DNA from: Mobula hypostoma
Lineage: Eukaryota
Assembly: GCF_963921235.1 (NCBI RefSeq)
Contig: NC_086097.1
Coordinates: forward strand, 111,230,001-111,294,000
Length of the DNA: 64,000 nucleotides
Reading direction: 5' to 3'
The notes beneath the pieces are model-generated. The model was not told the DNA's origin. It was given only the letters and a program-made list of their open reading frames with translations, and made no database searches. A program made the position numbers and the translations under genes. Positions 61,688 through 64,000 of the stretch are shown one piece after another; the stretch's first letter is position 1; every line of letters starts with the position of its first letter.

Positions 61688-62640
61688 GATGGTTGAAGGT
61701 TGTTTCTCAAATGGAGACCAGTTATTAGTTGTGTACCATAGGAGTTGCTTTTTGGACCCTTGTTAATCATTATTTATACAAGTGATTGCGATATGAATGC
61801 TCAAGGCTTGATCAGTAAGTTAGTAGGTTATGCCAAAATTTGCAAGTGTTGTTAGTGAAGGAAGTTAGCGTAGATTACAAGGGATCTTGACTGGTTAGGG
61901 AAGTGGACCAAGGATTGGCAAACTAATTTTTATACAGGCAAGGAGGTGATGCATTTTGAAAAGTCAAACCAGTCTAGATATTTGTACTATGAATGGTAGG
62001 TCACGAGGGAGTGAATAGAGGGATTCGGAGTACATGTGCATGATTCATTGAAGGTGGTGTCACGGGTAGACAGGGTGCTGAAAAAGGCATCAGTCAGGTA
62101 GCCATGCATTGGAGGTAGTGCATTATGTTGCAGTTGAATAAGTCTTTGGTGAGGTTACACTTGGAGTACTGTGTAGTTTTTTTGATCCTCCTATTATATA
62201 AAGGGTGAGATTAAGCCAGAATGATTTACAAGGATGTTGCCAGGACTAGAGGGCCTGTGTTATAAGAAGAGGTTGTGCAGACTAGGCTTTTATTTCTTCA
62301 AATGTAGGAGAATAAGGACGCAACATTATCAAAATGTTTAAAACTATGAGTGAGGTGGCTTTTTCCTAGGGTAGGAGAATCTAAAACTGGGAGCATTGAT
62401 TCAGAATGAGAGGGGAAAGATTTAAAAGGAACTTGAGGGACAACTTTTCATGCAGTGGGTGGTGATTCTGTGGAAAGAGCTACCAGAGAAAGTTGTTGAG
62501 GTAGATACAATACTATCATTTAAGAAGTACTTGGATAGAATATGTGGACAGATATAGGCTGAATGCAGGAAATTAGGGCAATTTGGATGGGCACTGCATT
62601 GACTGTTAAGTCCGAGGGGTCGGTATCCATGCTGTATTAT
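61688..62640 (+). mobile_element. CR1 3' region, decayed
   Basis: KSLVRLHLEYCV, FTRMLPGLEGLCYKKRL and related CR1 C-terminal motifs. Confidence 0.7.
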
Positions 62641-63183
62641 TTCAGAATCTATCTGCTGCTGTTCTTGGATTGGAAGTTGAACCTATAACCTTCTAACCAG
62701 GATGGAAGGCAAATGCTCACATCATTTGATGTCTTTGGGAACCTAGAAGCAACTTCAGTTTGATTAACTTCAATTAACTCAGTTTTTCAAGATCTTAGAT
62801 TATATACAGTAAGTTTAATTAATGCATGTCAGTTTACACAAGGCAAAATGAATCTGATAAGAAGCTGACTTGAACAATGTTGAAACAGTAACTTTGTTAT
62901 TCCTGTTTAGCTAACTTAACTCACAAAAATTAAAATATTGCTTGTATTAAGCTTGGCAGAACTATAAGAACAATGCTCTACTCTCTGGTTGTCATATTTT
63001 ATCAAAATATGAACCAATTTGAAGCCTGAAGTTGCTGGAGTGTTTGGCTAGACATTTGTCTAATTTTAAAATTTGTAATATGTAGAGAGAATCAGTGGCT
63101 AAGGTGCTATCAATATGGTTGCCTGCCAAATTAGAACACATTACTCTAACAGTTAAACATCTGCCCATGATTTATACTTGTAG

Positions 63184-63240
63184 GCATCACTATGTGATGA
63201 CAGGCTTCATAGTCGTCATTGGAGATATAACTCAAGAACT
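63184..63240 (+). CDS. LRRFIP2: LRRFIP2 short coding exon (ASLCDDRLHSRHWRYNSRT)
   Basis: TTGTAG acceptor, perfect ACT|GTAAGT donor, 57 nt; ASL...RT anchors match recalled ASLYNGGLYNPYGPRT. Confidence 0.82.
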
Positions 63241-64000
63241 GTAAGTTTCCTTTGTTGAGTGCATGGCACATTTCAAAGAAATGCATTATTGAGATAGTGG
63301 ACAGCTTTTAAAATCATGGCTTTTTTCACAGCCAACTGGAAGCAGCGTTTCTTCCCAAACAAGCTCATTACACAACAGCCCATGGGTAAGGAAAGTGTCT
63401 GAGCATGTGAATAGTTCCCAGTTAATTCATTAAGTTGTTGATTAAAGCAGCAGTGTATTCTGAAAAGAATAAGGCACTGCAGCAGAAATTTATTCCACTG
63501 TAGATATAAATACAGTGAATGATAGAAATTGCACTGCAGTAAGTAACTTGAATGAGTTGACCTGTATAATGATTTCAGAACATATGATAGGCAGTAGGAG
63601 CAGGAAGAGCCCTTACAGGACCTTATGCAAGTTCTGCCATTCAGTTGGATAATGCTCATTCACTATTCTGTGCACTTTCATATTCAATTTTTATACTGCT
63701 TAATACCTTTCAGAATCTAGTATTTAAATCCCAGCTGAAGGCCTTCTGAAAATCCAAATATGAACTTTAAACGCTATTTCTCTTTCAGAAATCTCTATAA
63801 TTTTATTTTCCTGAGATTGTATCTTTTGTTATATATAGCATTCTTTTACTCAATTATAAATGCTGATCCATTCCTTTTTTCTTAAATAATACCATAAGAC
63901 ATGAGCAGAATTAGGCCATGCAGCCCCATTGAGTTTGCTCCACCATTCTATCATGGCAGATTTACTATCCCGCTCAATCCCATTCTCCTGCCTTTTCTCT

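Larger units (their letters stand above)
15530..63240 (+). other. LRRFIP2: LRRFIP2 gene (leucine-rich repeat flightless-interacting protein 2), 5' portion; continues beyond the window
   Basis: Spliced exons translate to [107 protein letters not shown]/... This is colinear with the vertebrate LRRFIP2 N-terminus as recalled ([59 protein letters not shown]...). All introns are GT-AG. Confidence 0.93.

Overview
Eukaryotic (vertebrate) genomic DNA. The repeat repertoire (CR1, Rex1/Babar, RTE, V-SINEs, abundant Penelope-like termini) suggests a cartilaginous fish, probably a ray; this is inference. The only host gene I can support is the 5' part of LRRFIP2 on the + strand. It has a CpG-rich promoter and putative non-coding first exon near 15.5-15.7 kb, the ATG exon at 18322, and about ten further short phase-0 coding exons (39-87 nt) running to 63240; the gene continues past the window. 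The supplied ORF track does not reveal this gene, which I read by hand from splice sites and recalled similarity to vertebrate LRRFIP2. Nearly all long ORFs in the track are decayed transposon ORFs (CR1, RTE, Rex1/Babar, Penelope GIY-YIG, Tc1, Tigger/pogo, Harbinger) or their antisense shadows. The most notable signals are: (1) about a dozen copies, from two families, of a minimal type-I hammerhead-ribozyme motif at Penelope-like termini, one with a complete catalytic core (48293-48327, minus strand) and a tandem sense-oriented pair at 61.2-61.5 kb; (2) an array of symmetric short exons with weak donors, two 83-nt introns, downstream RBFOX motifs and one exon I cannot match to human LRRFIP2; (3) a 6-kb nested inverted-repeat block just upstream of one cassette exon. 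I see no evidence of a new protein-coding system. All similarity statements come from recall and manual reading, not database searches. Boundaries of old, decayed repeats are approximate.
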